64,000 bases of DNA from an uncultured Planctomycetia bacterium. GTDB lineage: Bacteria; Omnitrophota; Gorgyraeia; Duberdicusellales; 4484-171. Below, piece after piece: positions 9,608 through 21,287 of this stretch (position 1 is its first letter; the number at the start of each line of letters is the position of its first letter). Made by a program: the position numbers and the translations under genes. The stretch lies in assembly GCA_964635565.1 (NCBI GenBank), contig CAZWON010000003.1, forward strand, positions 5,345-69,344, in the 5' to 3' direction. Below the pieces are notes generated by a model. The model did no database searches, was not told where the DNA came from, and saw nothing but the letters and a program-made list of their open reading frames with translations.

Positions 9608-10921
9608 TCAATTATCAACCAAAGCAAACATAAGCTCTGCTTCTGCTACAATCTTATTATCCACAAAGGCCTTGGTAATTACAGTACCTGTACGTTTTTT
9701 TATCTTTCCTGTAGTTACCTCAATAATTAACTGATCTCCTGGTTCTACAGTTTTCCTAAATTTAATATTGTTTGCAGCCATAAAATAGGCTAATTTTCCT
9801 TTATTCTCTTCATCAGCAAGCATCAATACCCCTCCTACTTGAGCCATTGCTTCAATAATAAGTACTCCTGGCATTACTGCTTTGGAAGGAAAATGCCCCT
9901 GGAAAAAATAATCATTTATAGTGACATTTTTTATCCCCACTGCTTTCTTACCCTTTTCCATATAAATAATACGGTCCACTAAAAGAAAAGGATAGCGATG
10001 GGGCAAAACTTGTTTTATATCATCAATAAAAAGCTCTCCTTCTTCTCTAAAATAACTTGCGCTAGAACCCACACCACCTAACAATGCCTTTTCTTTATAT
10101 TTCTTGAGCCTATTAAGAAGTTTAATGTTTAAACTATGACCGCTTCTTATAGCAATAACATGGGCCTTAAGAAATCCTGCCAGATACAAATCACCTAAGA
10201 GGTCTAATACTTTATGCTTTACAAACTCATCAGAAAGCCTCAGCTGGTTTTTAATTATTTTTCTTTTAGAAACAACTAAAGTATTTTCGTAATTAGAACC
10301 TTTTCCCAACCCCATTTTCATTAAAGAATCAACTTCTTCCTCCAAACAAAATGTTCTTGCTTCATAAATCTTATCTGAAAAATCTCCATTTAAAATAATA
10401 TCCAAAAAACCAGTATTAATTATTCTATTATCATACTTTAAAGTGTAAGAAATTCTTGTTTCACGATAAGGAACAACCGCAATGCAAGAATCATTCTCCT
10501 CTACCCACAAGGGCTCTCTAATTACTAGATATTTACGCAATGCTTCCTGAGAAACTATTTCTGCCTCAAGAAGTTTCTCTACAAATTCCTTGGCACTTCC
10601 ATCCATTCCTGGAACCTCTTCTCCCCATATACCCACATAAATATTATCTATCCCTAAAAGATAGAATGCAGACATAAGATGCTCAATGGTATGAATAAAA
10701 ACGTCTCCCTGACCTATAGAAGTACGGCGAGGATACTTTTCCGGATCTAACACCGAATAAAGATCAGCTTTTATCATTACTTCGGGAGATAAATCTTTTC
10801 TAATAAATACCACTCCTGTATTGCACGGAGCAGGTAAAAATTCCATCTTTACTCTTTTTCCTGTATGAAGTCCTACTCCTTCAACTACTACTCTATTCTT
10901 AATAGTATTCTGTTTATCCAT
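9608..10921 (-). CDS. lpxC: Bifunctional UDP-3-O-acyl-GlcNAc deacetylase / 3-hydroxyacyl-ACP dehydratase (LpxC-FabZ fusion)
   Basis: N-terminal [29 protein letters not shown] is the LpxC signature. C-terminal [12 protein letters not shown]...FFQGHFP...[11 protein letters not shown] is the FabZ hot-dog fold signature. 437 aa fits LpxC plus FabZ. Confidence 0.85.
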   Translation of the reverse strand: MDKQNTIKNRVVVEGVGLHTGKRVKMEFLPAPCNTGVVFIRKDLSPEVMIKADLYSVLDPEKYPRRTSIGQGDVFIHTIEHLMSAFYLLGIDNIYVGIWGEEVPGMDGSAKEFVEKLLEAEIVSQEALRKYLVIREPLWVEENDSCIAVVPYRETRISYTLKYDNRIINTGFLDIILNGDFSDKIYEARTFCLEEEVDSLMKMGLGKGSNYENTLVVSKRKIIKNQLRLSDEFVKHKVLDLLGDLYLAGFLKAHVIAIRSGHSLNIKLLNRLKKYKEKALLGGVGSSASYFREEGELFIDDIKQVLPHRYPFLLVDRIIYMEKGKKAVGIKNVTINDYFFQGHFPSKAVMPGVLIIEAMAQVGGVLMLADEENKGKLAYFMAANNIKFRKTVEPGDQLIIEVTTGKIKKRTGTVITKAFVDNKIVAEAELMFALVDN

Positions 10922-11954
10922 TCTTATTTTGTTTCTCTTCTAATTCTCTTACCCTTTCCTCTAATTCCTTCAGCTTACGGTAAACTTCTGGTAGTCTTTG
11001 CACACAGGCATTAACTCTTTTTGCTTTTTCGTGAGGTTTAGCAGGGTAACCCGAGACTTTCACTCCTGGAGGGACAGATTTTGTAACTCCTGCCTGAGCA
11101 GCAACAATTGCTCCATCTCCAATAGTAATATGACCAACCAATCCTGCCTGACCTGCTAAAATTACTCCTTTACCTAAAATTGTACTTCCTGAAATCCCTG
11201 CTTGAGCAACAATGATAGAGTTTTTGCCAATAATAACATTATGAGCTATCTGGACAAGATTATCTATCTTTGTTCCTTTACCTACAATAGTTTTGTCAAA
11301 ACGCGCTCTATCAATAGTAACATTGGCTCCAATCTCCACATCATCCTCTATTACTACTGTTCCTATCTGAGGAATCTTTTTCTGCACTCCCTTTACTGTA
11401 GCAAAACCAAAACCATCACTCCCTATTACTGTTCCTGAATGAATAATTACCCTATCACCAATTTCTACTCTCTGAAGCACAGTAACATTAGGATAGATAA
11501 GACATTCCCTGCCAATAACTACTGACCTACCTATATAGCTACCGCCGTATACAACAGTATTATCCCCTAAAGAAGCACTATCTTCTATAATCACATAGGG
11601 CCCAAGAGAGACATTCTCTCCCAACTTTACATTTTTGCCAATGATTGCTGTGGGGTGAATTCCCCGGGGATGCCTGATATAATTGGGAGCCACTAACTCT
11701 ACTACCTTTGAAAAAGCCAAAGAAGGATTTTCTGTCCTAATTAGAGCTCTTCTACTATTGGTTACCTCTTTAGAAGTTATGATTGCAGAAGCACGGGTTA
11801 TTTCCATAAGCCGTTGGTATTTAGAGTTAGCCAAAAAAGTTATATCCCCTTTTTCAGCTTCTTTAATCCCAGAAATTCCTGTAATTACAATATCAGGGTC
11901 ACCAATAAGCTCTCCCCCTATAATCTGAGCAATTTCTCTTAACGTAAATTTCAT
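10914..11954 (-). CDS. lpxD: UDP-3-O-acylglucosamine N-acyltransferase
   Basis: [47 protein letters not shown]-terminal domain plus hexapeptide repeats; 346 aa. Confidence 0.88.
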   Translation of the reverse strand: MKFTLREIAQIIGGELIGDPDIVITGISGIKEAEKGDITFLANSKYQRLMEITRASAIITSKEVTNSRRALIRTENPSLAFSKVVELVAPNYIRHPRGIHPTAIIGKNVKLGENVSLGPYVIIEDSASLGDNTVVYGGSYIGRSVVIGRECLIYPNVTVLQRVEIGDRVIIHSGTVIGSDGFGFATVKGVQKKIPQIGTVVIEDDVEIGANVTIDRARFDKTIVGKGTKIDNLVQIAHNVIIGKNSIIVAQAGISGSTILGKGVILAGQAGLVGHITIGDGAIVAAQAGVTKSVPPGVKVSGYPAKPHEKAKRVNACVQRLPEVYRKLKELEERVRELEEKQNKNG

Positions 11955-12460
11955 TTTGCCTTATACCCTTCGTTAAGCTTCTTTAATATAATATCTGTTA
12001 TATCTATCCCTTCACTACCATAAAGAACAGCACTCCTGTTAAAAATTAAATCAAATCTATTCTTTTCTGCATATCTACTTATAGTATTATTAATATCACC
12101 TATAATTTCACTTATTTTCTCATCGCTTTCTTTTTTTAAATCCGCCACTATCTGTGACTCTAAAGTTCTATATTCCCTGATTGCTATCTTAATTTTTTCT
12201 TCCTGTTGAGCTTTTTCTTTATCCTTAAGTAATTCTAACTTATCTCTCATTTTAATTATTTCACTCCTCTTTTCCTCTAACTTATTCTCCTTTTCTTTAT
12301 TTTTCTTCTTTTCATCAAGAATCTTCTCGTAGTCTTTAGTTTTTTTATAATTATTGAAAAGCTTAATAATATCAGCATATCCTATTTTTATATCTTTACT
12401 ATATCCTGGAAAACTTATACACAAACATAATATAATAACTAATCCCCCTATTCTCTTCAT
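11951..12460 (-). CDS. skp: Periplasmic chaperone Skp/OmpH
   Basis: Signal peptide then coiled K/E-rich 169-aa protein, positioned between bamA and lpxD as in canonical OM clusters. Confidence 0.7.
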   Translation of the reverse strand: MKRIGGLVIILCLCISFPGYSKDIKIGYADIIKLFNNYKKTKDYEKILDEKKKNKEKENKLEEKRSEIIKMRDKLELLKDKEKAQQEEKIKIAIREYRTLESQIVADLKKESDEKISEIIGDINNTISRYAEKNRFDLIFNRSAVLYGSEGIDITDIILKKLNEGYKAK

Positions 12461-12483
12461 CTTCTCTCCTCCTTCTTAGTTAA

Positions 12484-14751
12484 TCAAAAGCCTCTGCTAA
12501 TATTGAAATGAAATCTCCCTTCTTTTCCTTCCTCTCCCGGCTCAGTATTAAGTGGCCACCCATAATCTAAACTTATAGGACCAAGGGGAGTCTTTAATCT
12601 TATCCCTATTCCTATACTAGACTTAAAACCCCCACTTAATAAATCGCTCCGTCTCTCCCAGACATTTCCTGTATCAAAAAAAACAGCTAACTTGATAATA
12701 TCAGTAAGAAGGTATGTATACTCAATATTGCCAATAAAAAGAGCTTCTCCCCCAATAGGATCCTCTGTTAAAGAATCAATAGGTCCTATTTTCCTTTCGT
12801 GATATCCTCTTATTGTAGAAGACCCACCCGCAAAGAACCTCTTATAGATAGGAACTTTATCCGTATTAGAAAAAGCTTCGGCAATGCCTAAACGCAACTT
12901 AAACTCTATAACTGCCTTCTGGGATAAAGAAAAAAACTTACTAGCAATTGAAGAAAAACGAATAAAATCCTTCTTTCCCCCTAAAAAACTTGCTGTAATA
13001 TCCAAAGAATTACTAAAATAAATACCTGTAGTGGGAGAGAAAATATTATCTCTCGTATCATAAGTTAAACCTAACTCTATTGTACTTAAACTGTGTGTTC
13101 CTGCTTCTTCTTTAAGCGCTTGAGAAGCATCACTAACTACATCCGTAATTTCTACCGACTCAAAACGGTAGCCCACTCTACCTTTAAGATAATCACTGAA
13201 TTCGCGAGCAAACATTACTGCTCCTCCTGCAACATCTTCTTCATATCCATAGCCTACATCTTCATCCTGCTGGTGCCCTCTTTTATAACCTTGGAAACCA
13301 AAAGAAATCGGCTTATCAAAAATCCAAGGATTAGTAAAATCCAATTCATAGCGATCTGCTATACTTCCAAAACTTGCTCTAATACTTAAGTCCTGCCCTC
13401 CCCCTGTAAATGTAGACCAGTTTTTATAGTCAAAATTACGTTGTCTCAGTTCTATAAAGCCAGTAAATTGATCAATAGAACTGTACCCTCCTCCAAAACT
13501 TAAATAGCCAGTCTTTGCCTCCTTAACATTGATAATTAAATTCTCCCATTGAGGTCTTGAACCCGGCTCAGAATTAAACCTTATTTCCTCAAAAAAACCA
13601 AGATTTTCTAAACGTTGACGGCTCTTCCTAATTTTTTCTCCTTCAAACTTATCGCCGGGATAAATTCTCAATTCTCTTCTAATAACTTTATCTCTTGTCT
13701 TGGTATTACCTCGAATTTCAATTTTCTCTACATAAGCAACTTCATTTTCTGTAATATTAAAACTCACATCAACTTTGTTGGTCTGAAGATTAAGGAACAT
13801 TGTTGGCTTAACCTCTACATAAATATATCCCCCATCAATATATAATCCTCTTATATTATTACTTCCTTCTCTAACCTTTCGCTCGATATAAATGTCACCT
13901 TCTTTAAAACCTATGACTTTTTTAATCGCATCCAAAGGCAATACTTCATTGCCTTCTATTCTAATGGTTCCCACATAGTAACGTTTTCCTTCGTTAATAT
14001 TAATAGTAATATAAGCCTCATTTACAATTCTCTCTATTGCATAATCTACTTTTACCTCACTGAATCCCTCTTCTTTATAAAAATCCTCTATCCTTTTGAT
14101 ATCATCTATTAATATCTCCTCCTTCAACAATCCTTTATTAAAAAGCCATTTTGCTTTCGTACGCATAAGTTTCTGGAGTCTTTTTGTCTTTATATGAACA
14201 TTCCCTTTAAAGACAATCCTTTTTACTCTAACAACCCTTCCCTCATTAATATTAAAAGTGATTTTCGCATATCTCTTCTCATCGTCTAACTCAATGTTAT
14301 AACTAACTTCTGCCTCAGAAAACCCTCTCTTATTATATAAATCCTTTATTTTATTTTTTATCTCCTCTAGCCTATACTCGTCAAGAAACGAACCTTCTTC
14401 TAAATCTATTAACTTCTCTATCCGTTTTTTATGAATACGGTGCGTTCCCTTTACATCGATCTCCTTTATCACCGCTCTTTCTTTAAATTTGAAAATTACA
14501 ATTATCCCCTCCCCTGTAGCCATCTTTTCCACTCTAATATCATCGAAGTAACCTGTCTCATATAAATTTTTTATATCGTTATCTATAACGCTCTCATTAT
14601 ACACTTCTCCCCGACGGGTCTTGAGTATAGAGAATATAGTTGCATCACTTACGATTTTATTACCTGCAATTTTTATCTGGAAAATCTTTTGGGAAGAATA
14701 AGCAGAAATGACAAGAAGGAAAGTACTAAAAAAAACAGTTGGTTTTTTCAT
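12484..14751 (-). CDS. bamA: Outer membrane protein assembly factor BamA
   Basis: 755 aa, signal peptide, repeated POTRA-like segments, C-terminal beta-barrel ending in an aromatic residue (...NISRGF). Confidence 0.85.
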   Translation of the reverse strand: MKKPTVFFSTFLLVISAYSSQKIFQIKIAGNKIVSDATIFSILKTRRGEVYNESVIDNDIKNLYETGYFDDIRVEKMATGEGIIVIFKFKERAVIKEIDVKGTHRIHKKRIEKLIDLEEGSFLDEYRLEEIKNKIKDLYNKRGFSEAEVSYNIELDDEKRYAKITFNINEGRVVRVKRIVFKGNVHIKTKRLQKLMRTKAKWLFNKGLLKEEILIDDIKRIEDFYKEEGFSEVKVDYAIERIVNEAYITININEGKRYYVGTIRIEGNEVLPLDAIKKVIGFKEGDIYIERKVREGSNNIRGLYIDGGYIYVEVKPTMFLNLQTNKVDVSFNITENEVAYVEKIEIRGNTKTRDKVIRRELRIYPGDKFEGEKIRKSRQRLENLGFFEEIRFNSEPGSRPQWENLIINVKEAKTGYLSFGGGYSSIDQFTGFIELRQRNFDYKNWSTFTGGGQDLSIRASFGSIADRYELDFTNPWIFDKPISFGFQGYKRGHQQDEDVGYGYEEDVAGGAVMFAREFSDYLKGRVGYRFESVEITDVVSDASQALKEEAGTHSLSTIELGLTYDTRDNIFSPTTGIYFSNSLDITASFLGGKKDFIRFSSIASKFFSLSQKAVIEFKLRLGIAEAFSNTDKVPIYKRFFAGGSSTIRGYHERKIGPIDSLTEDPIGGEALFIGNIEYTYLLTDIIKLAVFFDTGNVWERRSDLLSGGFKSSIGIGIRLKTPLGPISLDYGWPLNTEPGEEGKEGRFHFNISRGF

Positions 14752-14786
14752 TATTCAAAATATTATAAGGAAATTGTCTCTAAAAG

Positions 14787-16154
14787 TCAATCTTCCCTCA
14801 ATTTAGAAAGATTCACAAATTTCATATACTCTCTTATAAAACCTAAATAAACGCTCCCTGTAGGTCCATTTCTCTGTTTTGCAATTATAACCTCAGCAAT
14901 ACCTTTATTTTCAGGAGTAGGAGTATAGTACTCCTCCCTTAAAAGTAAAACTACTACATCAGCATCCTGTTCTATTGCTCCGGATTCTCTTAAATCCGAT
15001 AATTGGGGACGATGGTCCTGTCTTGCTTCAACAGCACGGGAAAGTTGACTCACTGCAATAAGAGGAACACTAACTTCTTTTGCCAGTGCTTTTAAAGAAC
15101 GGGAAATCTCTGAAATCTCCTGTTGTCTACTTTCTCCCTTCCTCATTGAGCGAATCATTTGAAGATAATCAACAATTATCAACTTAATATTATGATGCGC
15201 TTTTAAACGGCGTGCTTTTGCTCTTAATTCGAATATATTTAAAGTAGGAGTATCATCAATAAAAATTGGTGCCTCAGAAAGTCTCCCTGCTGCTGAAGTA
15301 AGAAGGGGCCATTCACTAGGCGCTAAGAAACCCGTCCTTAATTTATGAACATCCACTTTAGCTTGAGAACAAAGAAATCTTTGCATAAGTTGGTCTTTGG
15401 ACATTTCCAGACTGAAAAATCCTACAGGAATTTTCTCCTCACACCCCACATACTCCGCAATATTTACCGCTAAAGCACTCTTACCCATAGAAGGTCGACC
15501 TGCTAAAATTATCAAATCTCCATTTTGTAAACCTGCAGTCTTTACATCAAAATCGCGGAACCCTGTCGGGATCCCTGTTATATGAGACTTCTTATGATAA
15601 AGTGACTCTATAAGTTCTATACCATCTTTAATAATATCCTTTATATGAATATAACTCCCTTCGATTCTTTTATCACTTATTTCAAAAATAAGACGTTCTG
15701 CTTTATCCAGTATTACACTAACATCCTCCTCTTCTTTATATACAGACTCAACTATCTTTGTAGCGTTAGCTACCAATGACCGTAAGATACTTTTCTCTTT
15801 AACAATATGTGCATAATGGGTTACATTTGCTGAAGTAGGAACAAAATCTGCAAGCATAGTAAGATAAACAGCCCCTCCTATTTTTTCTAATAATCTTTTT
15901 TTATTTAAATCTTCAGAGACTGTAAGGATATCTACTTTCTTTCCTGTATCAAATAAAGATACGATACTAGAGAAAATCAATTTATGTTCGTCTCGATAAA
16001 AAGAATTCACATCAATAACTTCTAAAGCTTCGGAAATTGCTTTTTCATCAATAAGCATTGCCCCCAAAACCGCCATTTCCGCATCGATGTTTTGAGGAGG
16101 AAGCTTCTGAATATCTTGCTTTACGGAAGGACTATTCATTTTTGCACAACCCAA
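14787..16154 (-). CDS. dnaB: Replicative DNA helicase
   Basis: PPQNIDAEMAVLGAMLID N-terminal motif, Walker A GRPSMGKSALAVN, RecA-like C-domain; 455 aa, no intein. Confidence 0.9.
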   Translation of the reverse strand: MGCAKMNSPSVKQDIQKLPPQNIDAEMAVLGAMLIDEKAISEALEVIDVNSFYRDEHKLIFSSIVSLFDTGKKVDILTVSEDLNKKRLLEKIGGAVYLTMLADFVPTSANVTHYAHIVKEKSILRSLVANATKIVESVYKEEEDVSVILDKAERLIFEISDKRIEGSYIHIKDIIKDGIELIESLYHKKSHITGIPTGFRDFDVKTAGLQNGDLIILAGRPSMGKSALAVNIAEYVGCEEKIPVGFFSLEMSKDQLMQRFLCSQAKVDVHKLRTGFLAPSEWPLLTSAAGRLSEAPIFIDDTPTLNIFELRAKARRLKAHHNIKLIIVDYLQMIRSMRKGESRQQEISEISRSLKALAKEVSVPLIAVSQLSRAVEARQDHRPQLSDLRESGAIEQDADVVVLLLREEYYTPTPENKGIAEVIIAKQRNGPTGSVYLGFIREYMKFVNLSKLRED

Positions 16155-16579
16155 ATTCTTAACTTAGCCTCTATCTGAGAATGGAGCTTAACTATCACAT
16201 CATATGCTCCTAATTTTTTAATAGAAGGAGAGATAATAATCTGTTGACGTTTTAACTCAATATCTTCCTCTTTTAATGCTTTAACAATATGTGCTTCATT
16301 TATTGAACCGTAAATCTCTCCATTTTCTTTAGCCTCTACCGTTAGAGTTAAAGATATATTTTCCAATTTCTCTTTCAATTTAAGATTGGCTTGATAGATG
16401 CGCTCTTCTGACTTTTTACGTTCCCTCTCTATCTTTGCAAATCTTTTCATATTATCTTTTGTAGCTAAAAGAGCAAACCCTTTTGGTATAAGATAATTAC
16501 GGGCATACCCATCTTTCACTCCTACAATATCACCTTCTTTCCCTAATTTCCTTATTTCTTTTAAAAGAATAATCTTCAT
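16136..16579 (-). CDS. rplI: 50S ribosomal protein L9
   Basis: [36 protein letters not shown]. Confidence 0.9.
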   Translation of the reverse strand: MKIILLKEIRKLGKEGDIVGVKDGYARNYLIPKGFALLATKDNMKRFAKIERERKKSEERIYQANLKLKEKLENISLTLTVEAKENGEIYGSINEAHIVKALKEEDIELKRQQIIISPSIKKLGAYDVIVKLHSQIEAKLRIWVVQK

Positions 16580-16806
16580 TTTGCCAAATAAGGTAAAAGA
16601 TTTAAAAACCGTGCGCGTTTAATCTCTCGGGCTAAAACTCTCTGGTGTTTAGCACAATTCCCACTGGAACGGCGAGAAACAATCTTTTTTTTAGAAGAGA
16701 TAAAACGGCTCAGTAAATCTATATTTTTATAGTCTATCTCTAATTTCTTTTTACAGAAAATGCAATTCTTTTTAAATCTAATAGGTTTTCTCTTCTTCTT
16801 CTGCAT
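16576..16806 (-). CDS. rpsR: 30S ribosomal protein S18
   Basis: [23 protein letters not shown]...[21 protein letters not shown]. Confidence 0.9.
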   Translation of the reverse strand: MQKKKRKPIRFKKNCIFCKKKLEIDYKNIDLLSRFISSKKKIVSRRSSGNCAKHQRVLAREIKRARFLNLLPYLAK

Positions 16807-16808
16807 GA

Positions 16809-17213
16809 TTAAACCACCTCTCCTAAATCTGCTACTTCCTCTGGTTCACTGCCTAAATCTACCTCTTTTGTCTCTGCTTTTACTCCTTTCGGCATAAACT
16901 GCACACTGTTAGCTCTTACTTCAATAATGTTTCGAGATTTACCTTCGGAATTCTGCCAACTACGGGAAATAAGTCTTCCCTCAACAAATATACTTCTTCC
17001 CTTTTCTAAATACTGGTTACAAATCTCTGCTAATTGTCCCCAAGCTACAACATTTACGAAACACGTATCCTTTTTTGCCTCGCCATTCTTATCCTTAAAG
17101 GAAGTATTCACAGCAATTCTTAAAGTAGTAACTGCTGTTCCTTGGGAAGTATAGCGAAGTTCAGGATCTTTTGTAAGATTGCCTACCAAAAGTACTTTAT
17201 TTAAACTAACCAC
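16809..17213 (-). CDS. ssb: Single-stranded DNA-binding protein
   Basis: [25 protein letters not shown]...[10 protein letters not shown]-fold; acidic C-terminal tail. Confidence 0.9.
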   Translation of the reverse strand: MVSLNKVLLVGNLTKDPELRYTSQGTAVTTLRIAVNTSFKDKNGEAKKDTCFVNVVAWGQLAEICNQYLEKGRSIFVEGRLISRSWQNSEGKSRNIIEVRANSVQFMPKGVKAETKEVDLGSEPEEVADLGEVV

Positions 17214-17366
17214 TTTACCTCCTTCTTATTTAATGTTCCCCTCTCGGAGAAGTTTAACCCTCCTCTTTAAAAATAACTACTGGCAAAATAAAATACAATT
17301 TTTATATTAAAATTATCTCGCTATTTATTTTAATATCTCTTTATTTTATAAAAATTCTAATCCTTT

Positions 17367-17684
17367 CTACTTTTTCTCTCTTCTAATAATAAGATAACGT
17401 AAGATATTTTCTTCTAGGCGAATAGTCTCCTTTAATTCAGGTAACTTGGCAGTATCGAGGATAAAATGAATAAGCCAATAGCATCCTTTGTTAAATTTCT
17501 TCTTCCCCGCCCCTCGGGAACGTAAAGGATAAACAAAATTCCTTTCTCTTGCCCAAACCTCTACTTTCTCAACCTTACCTCCATACTCTTCTATTTTCGT
17601 AGATATTTTATCAAAGATGGCCTTTAAATCTTGATCCGATAGCTCGCTATTAATAATCACCATTGATTCATAAAATCTTTCCAC
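17367..17684 (-). CDS. rpsF: 30S ribosomal protein S6
   Basis: MERFYESMVIINSELSDQDLKAIFDKI...; rpsF-ssb-rpsR-rplI synteny. Confidence 0.9.
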   Translation of the reverse strand: MERFYESMVIINSELSDQDLKAIFDKISTKIEEYGGKVEKVEVWARERNFVYPLRSRGAGKKKFNKGCYWLIHFILDTAKLPELKETIRLEENILRYLIIRREKK

Positions 17685-17712
17685 TATTTCTCTCCTGTTT
17701 TACTTTTAAATT

Positions 17713-18291
17713 TTATGAAGCAATATTCGCTTTCTTAGCTATATTACTACATAAGATTCTCCCTTTGTTTATCCACTCCCCACAGCACAATACAGCCCTC
17801 TCAAGCACATCTTCTATCGTATCTTTTTCTTCCTCGCTAAAAGAACTCAATACATAATCTGTTATGTCTTTCCTATTATGCGGTCGTCCAATACCTATCT
17901 TTAAACGTTTTATTCTCTCACTACCCAGATGCTGAATAACCGACTCCATTCCTTTATGTCCTGCACTTCTCCCTTTTATTCTAAAGCGGATTCTACCTAA
18001 AGGTAAATCCACATCATCATATACTATTAATATTTCTTCTACATTTATTTTCCAATGTGTAACAATCTTCTTAACACACGCTCCTGAATTATTCATAAAA
18101 GTCGAGGGCTTAACCAACATTATTTTTTCTTTAAATAAATCACTCTTAACAAGGTAAGCTTTAAAAATATTAGATTTCTTAAAACGTAAAGAATACCTTT
18201 CTGCTATCTTGTCTAAAACCATAAATCCCACATTATGTCTGGTAAATACATACTCTTTACCAACGTTACCTAAACCTACAATTAGTTTCAA
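17713..18291 (-). CDS. pth: Peptidyl-tRNA hydrolase
   Basis: MKLIVGLGNVGKEYVFTRHNVGFMVLD. Confidence 0.9.
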   Translation of the reverse strand: MKLIVGLGNVGKEYVFTRHNVGFMVLDKIAERYSLRFKKSNIFKAYLVKSDLFKEKIMLVKPSTFMNNSGACVKKIVTHWKINVEEILIVYDDVDLPLGRIRFRIKGRSAGHKGMESVIQHLGSERIKRLKIGIGRPHNRKDITDYVLSSFSEEEKDTIEDVLERAVLCCGEWINKGRILCSNIAKKANIAS

Positions 18292-18953
18292 CCTTCCTCT
18301 TTCTCTATCTTAGCTTCTTTTTCTTTCTCTTTTTCTTTAATAACTTCCGGCTCCTCCTCTGGTGACTTCTCCTCTACTTCTACTTCCTCCTGTTTTGCTA
18401 CAACAGTAACAATTGTTTCACTAGCGTCCTCAATCACCTTTATATTCTTATCAAAACTTATGTCCTTAACATGCAAAGAATCTCCTATTTCTAACGAAGA
18501 AACATTTAATTCTATCTTTTCAGGAATCTCCAAAGGCAAAGCTTCTACCTCCACCTCCCAAAGCATCTGCTCCAATATCCCTCCATCCTTTACACCTTTA
18601 CAATCCCCTTTTAACACTACAGGAATGTTTACACGAATTTTTTCCTCCAGAGAAACCTTAACAAAGTCAATATGAATAACCTCCTCTGTAAGAGGATTAT
18701 ATTGAATATCTTTTATCAAAACATTTATCTTACTCGAATTATCTCTATAACCTTCAATTACCATATCTATAACTGTACTTTCAGAAAAATGGATGGCGCG
18801 CAGAGCGGTTAAAGAAAAACGAGAAAGTTTAACGGGAACGTTAAAGCCTCTACCGTAAATAACTGCAGGAATAAACCCCTCTCTTCGTATCTTCTTAGAA
18901 GCCTCTTTACCTGATTCTTTACGCAATAAACTTTTTATCTTGACTCTCTCCAC
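18288..18953 (-). CDS. rplY: 50S ribosomal protein L25 / general stress protein Ctc
   Basis: Ribosomal L25/Ctc fold motifs, 221 aa with acidic E/K-rich C-terminal tail, located upstream of pth on the coding strand (pth-ctc-prs synteny). Confidence 0.85.
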   Translation of the reverse strand: MERVKIKSLLRKESGKEASKKIRREGFIPAVIYGRGFNVPVKLSRFSLTALRAIHFSESTVIDMVIEGYRDNSSKINVLIKDIQYNPLTEEVIHIDFVKVSLEEKIRVNIPVVLKGDCKGVKDGGILEQMLWEVEVEALPLEIPEKIELNVSSLEIGDSLHVKDISFDKNIKVIEDASETIVTVVAKQEEVEVEEKSPEEEPEVIKEKEKEKEAKIEKEEG

Positions 18954-18956
18954 GAA

Positions 18957-19904
18957 TTAACTCCTTATTGAACCAAATAAAACACTTATCGATTCTTCGC
19001 GGTGAATCCTTTTAATTGCCTCAGCAAACAATTTCGCCATGGAAACTATCTTAATATGACCGCTTCTCTTACTTTTATCCAAAAGAATAGAATCAGAAAT
19101 AACCAAGCAATCAATATAAGAATTGTCTATTCTCTTAACAGCATCATTGGATAATACTCCATGGGTGACACATGCATAAATCTTCTTTGCTCCTGCCTGT
19201 TTTAAAGCTTTTGCCGCCTCTACTAAGGAACTTCCTGTAGCAATAATATCATCTACAAGAATAACATTTTTATTATTCACATCTCCCAAAATATGCATAA
19301 CTTCCGTAGCTTCAGGACTGCTTCTTCTCTTATCCACAATGGCTAAACCAGCTCTAAATTTCTTAGCATAGGCTCGCGCCATTTTTATTCCTCCTACATC
19401 TGGAGAAACAATAACTAAGTTACTAAGCTTTCTCTTTTTAAAATATCCTAAAAACTCATTTACTGCATAAAGATGATCAAGCGGTATGTCAAAAAACCCC
19501 TGGAGCTGGCCTGCATGGAGATCTAAAGTCAAAACTCTACTTGCTCCTGCAACTGTTAATAAATTAGCTACCAATTTTGCAGTAATAGGAACTCGGGGTT
19601 GATCCTTTCTATCTTGACGAGCATAACCAAAATAAGGAATAACTGCAGTAATCCTCGACGGTGAAGCACGTCTTAAAGCATCCAACATTACCAAAAGTTC
19701 CATAAGATTTTCATTAACAGGAGGGGAGGTAGATTGAATAATAAAAACATCCTTCCCTCTCACATTCTCTCCGATTTTAACCCTTGCCTCTCCATCACTG
19801 AAACGAGATACTAAAGCTTTACCTAACTTAATATTAAGACACTGGCATATCCTCTTTGCCAAAACTATATTGGAATTCCCACTAAAAACTACCAACTTAT
19901 CCAT
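18957..19904 (-). CDS. prs: Ribose-phosphate pyrophosphokinase
   Basis: MDKLVVFSGNSNIVLAKRICQCL...RFSDGEARVKI...; PRPP-binding motif VILVDDIIATGSS. Confidence 0.9.
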   Translation of the reverse strand: MDKLVVFSGNSNIVLAKRICQCLNIKLGKALVSRFSDGEARVKIGENVRGKDVFIIQSTSPPVNENLMELLVMLDALRRASPSRITAVIPYFGYARQDRKDQPRVPITAKLVANLLTVAGASRVLTLDLHAGQLQGFFDIPLDHLYAVNEFLGYFKKRKLSNLVIVSPDVGGIKMARAYAKKFRAGLAIVDKRRSSPEATEVMHILGDVNNKNVILVDDIIATGSSLVEAAKALKQAGAKKIYACVTHGVLSNDAVKRIDNSYIDCLVISDSILLDKSKRSGHIKIVSMAKLFAEAIKRIHREESISVLFGSIRS

Positions 19905-19916
19905 AACTCTAGAAAA

Positions 19917-21188
19917 CTATTTACTCTTTTTTCTTTTAAAAACCCTTGCGGGTACTCCTACAACAATAGTATTTGATTTAACTGGTTTAGTTACTACCGA
20001 GCCTGCTCCTGTCATAGCACCTTCACCTATATTAGCAGGAGCCACAATTACTGTTCCCGAACCAATAAAGGCTCTTTTTCCTATAGTAGTATTGTGTTTT
20101 CTTTTGCCATCGTAGTTAGCAATAACTGTCCCTGCTCCAATATTGACAGCTTCGCCTACAGTAGTATCTCCTATGTAGCTAAAATGTTTCATTCTTACGT
20201 TTTTCTTAAGGACACTCCGGTTTATCTCCGTGAAATTACCAACTTTACTATTATCCTCTATTTTACTATGAGCACGAATGTGAGCAAAAGGCCCAACTAC
20301 ACAGTTGTTGCCAATTATAACATTTTTCTCAATAAAGGTAAAGGGATACACTATAGAATTTATCCCTATCTTTGTATCAAAACTTACAAATGTAGTCTCA
20401 GGATCAACAATAGAAACCCCTCTGCTCATAAGTTTCTCCAGAAATCTCTGATTTATAATTTTACGCACCAAGGCGAAATTTTTTTGAGTATTAACCCCCA
20501 GAATCTCCTCTTCATCATCTACAATAAAACTTTCTATCTTAAACCCTTTGTTATAAAAAATATTTATAATATCAGTAAGAAAAAACTCTCTCTTTTTTTT
20601 ATTTAATTTAATTTTACTTAATTCCTTAAAAAGAAAATTTTTCTTAAAACAATAAATTCCACTATTTACCTCTTCGTTATCTCTGCTTTTAATGTTTGTC
20701 TTCTCTATGATGGCTTTTATTCTATTAGATGAATCACGAATAACCTTCCCTAAATCACTTTTCTCTTTAAACAAAGCGGTAATAATAGCACAATCCGCAT
20801 CTTTTTTAAAGAAAAAATTTATAAATTTCTTCAACGTATCTTTTCTAATAAGAGGGGTATCGCCACATATAACTAAAAGATTTCTCTTTTCCTTCAGAAA
20901 ATCCTTAGTAGCCTCTACTGCTTTTGCTGTGCCATTTTGTCTTGGTTGCACTACAAAACGAACATTTCTAAATTTTCTGTAAACCACTTGCTGTATTTTT
21001 TCTCTTTTATGTCCTACAACGAGAAAAATTTCATCGATCATTTTTATAGAAGATAAAGTCTCTAAGATATAAAAAATAAGAGGTTTACCTCCTAAGTCTA
21101 AAAGAACTTTAGGAACATTTGTTCTTGTTCTTTTACTTTTCCCTGCCCCTAATACTACTGCTGTTACTTTTTTTACCATTGTCTCCAT
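19917..21188 (-). CDS. glmU: Bifunctional UDP-GlcNAc pyrophosphorylase / GlcN-1-P N-acetyltransferase
   Basis: N-terminal AVVLGAGKSKRTRTNVPKVL nucleotidyltransferase motif plus C-terminal hexapeptide-repeat acetyltransferase; 423 aa. Confidence 0.85.
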   Translation of the reverse strand: METMVKKVTAVVLGAGKSKRTRTNVPKVLLDLGGKPLIFYILETLSSIKMIDEIFLVVGHKREKIQQVVYRKFRNVRFVVQPRQNGTAKAVEATKDFLKEKRNLLVICGDTPLIRKDTLKKFINFFFKKDADCAIITALFKEKSDLGKVIRDSSNRIKAIIEKTNIKSRDNEEVNSGIYCFKKNFLFKELSKIKLNKKKREFFLTDIINIFYNKGFKIESFIVDDEEEILGVNTQKNFALVRKIINQRFLEKLMSRGVSIVDPETTFVSFDTKIGINSIVYPFTFIEKNVIIGNNCVVGPFAHIRAHSKIEDNSKVGNFTEINRSVLKKNVRMKHFSYIGDTTVGEAVNIGAGTVIANYDGKRKHNTTIGKRAFIGSGTVIVAPANIGEGAMTGAGSVVTKPVKSNTIVVGVPARVFKRKKSK

Positions 21189-21287
21189 TTAAAAACCAAG
21201 AGAAATTCTCTCTTATGTTTATATACAAAGTAAAGTGACATCTCTGAATCTGCTCTTTTTTATGCCTCTTTGGTATATTTACTCCTC

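Noticed and set aside
17214-17366. Possible rho-independent terminator or ncRNA in the rpsF-ssb spacer (gttcccctctcggagaagtt)
   Set aside because: The apparent palindrome is not self-complementary on checking (ctctcggagaag versus cttctccgagag) and there is no U-tract.
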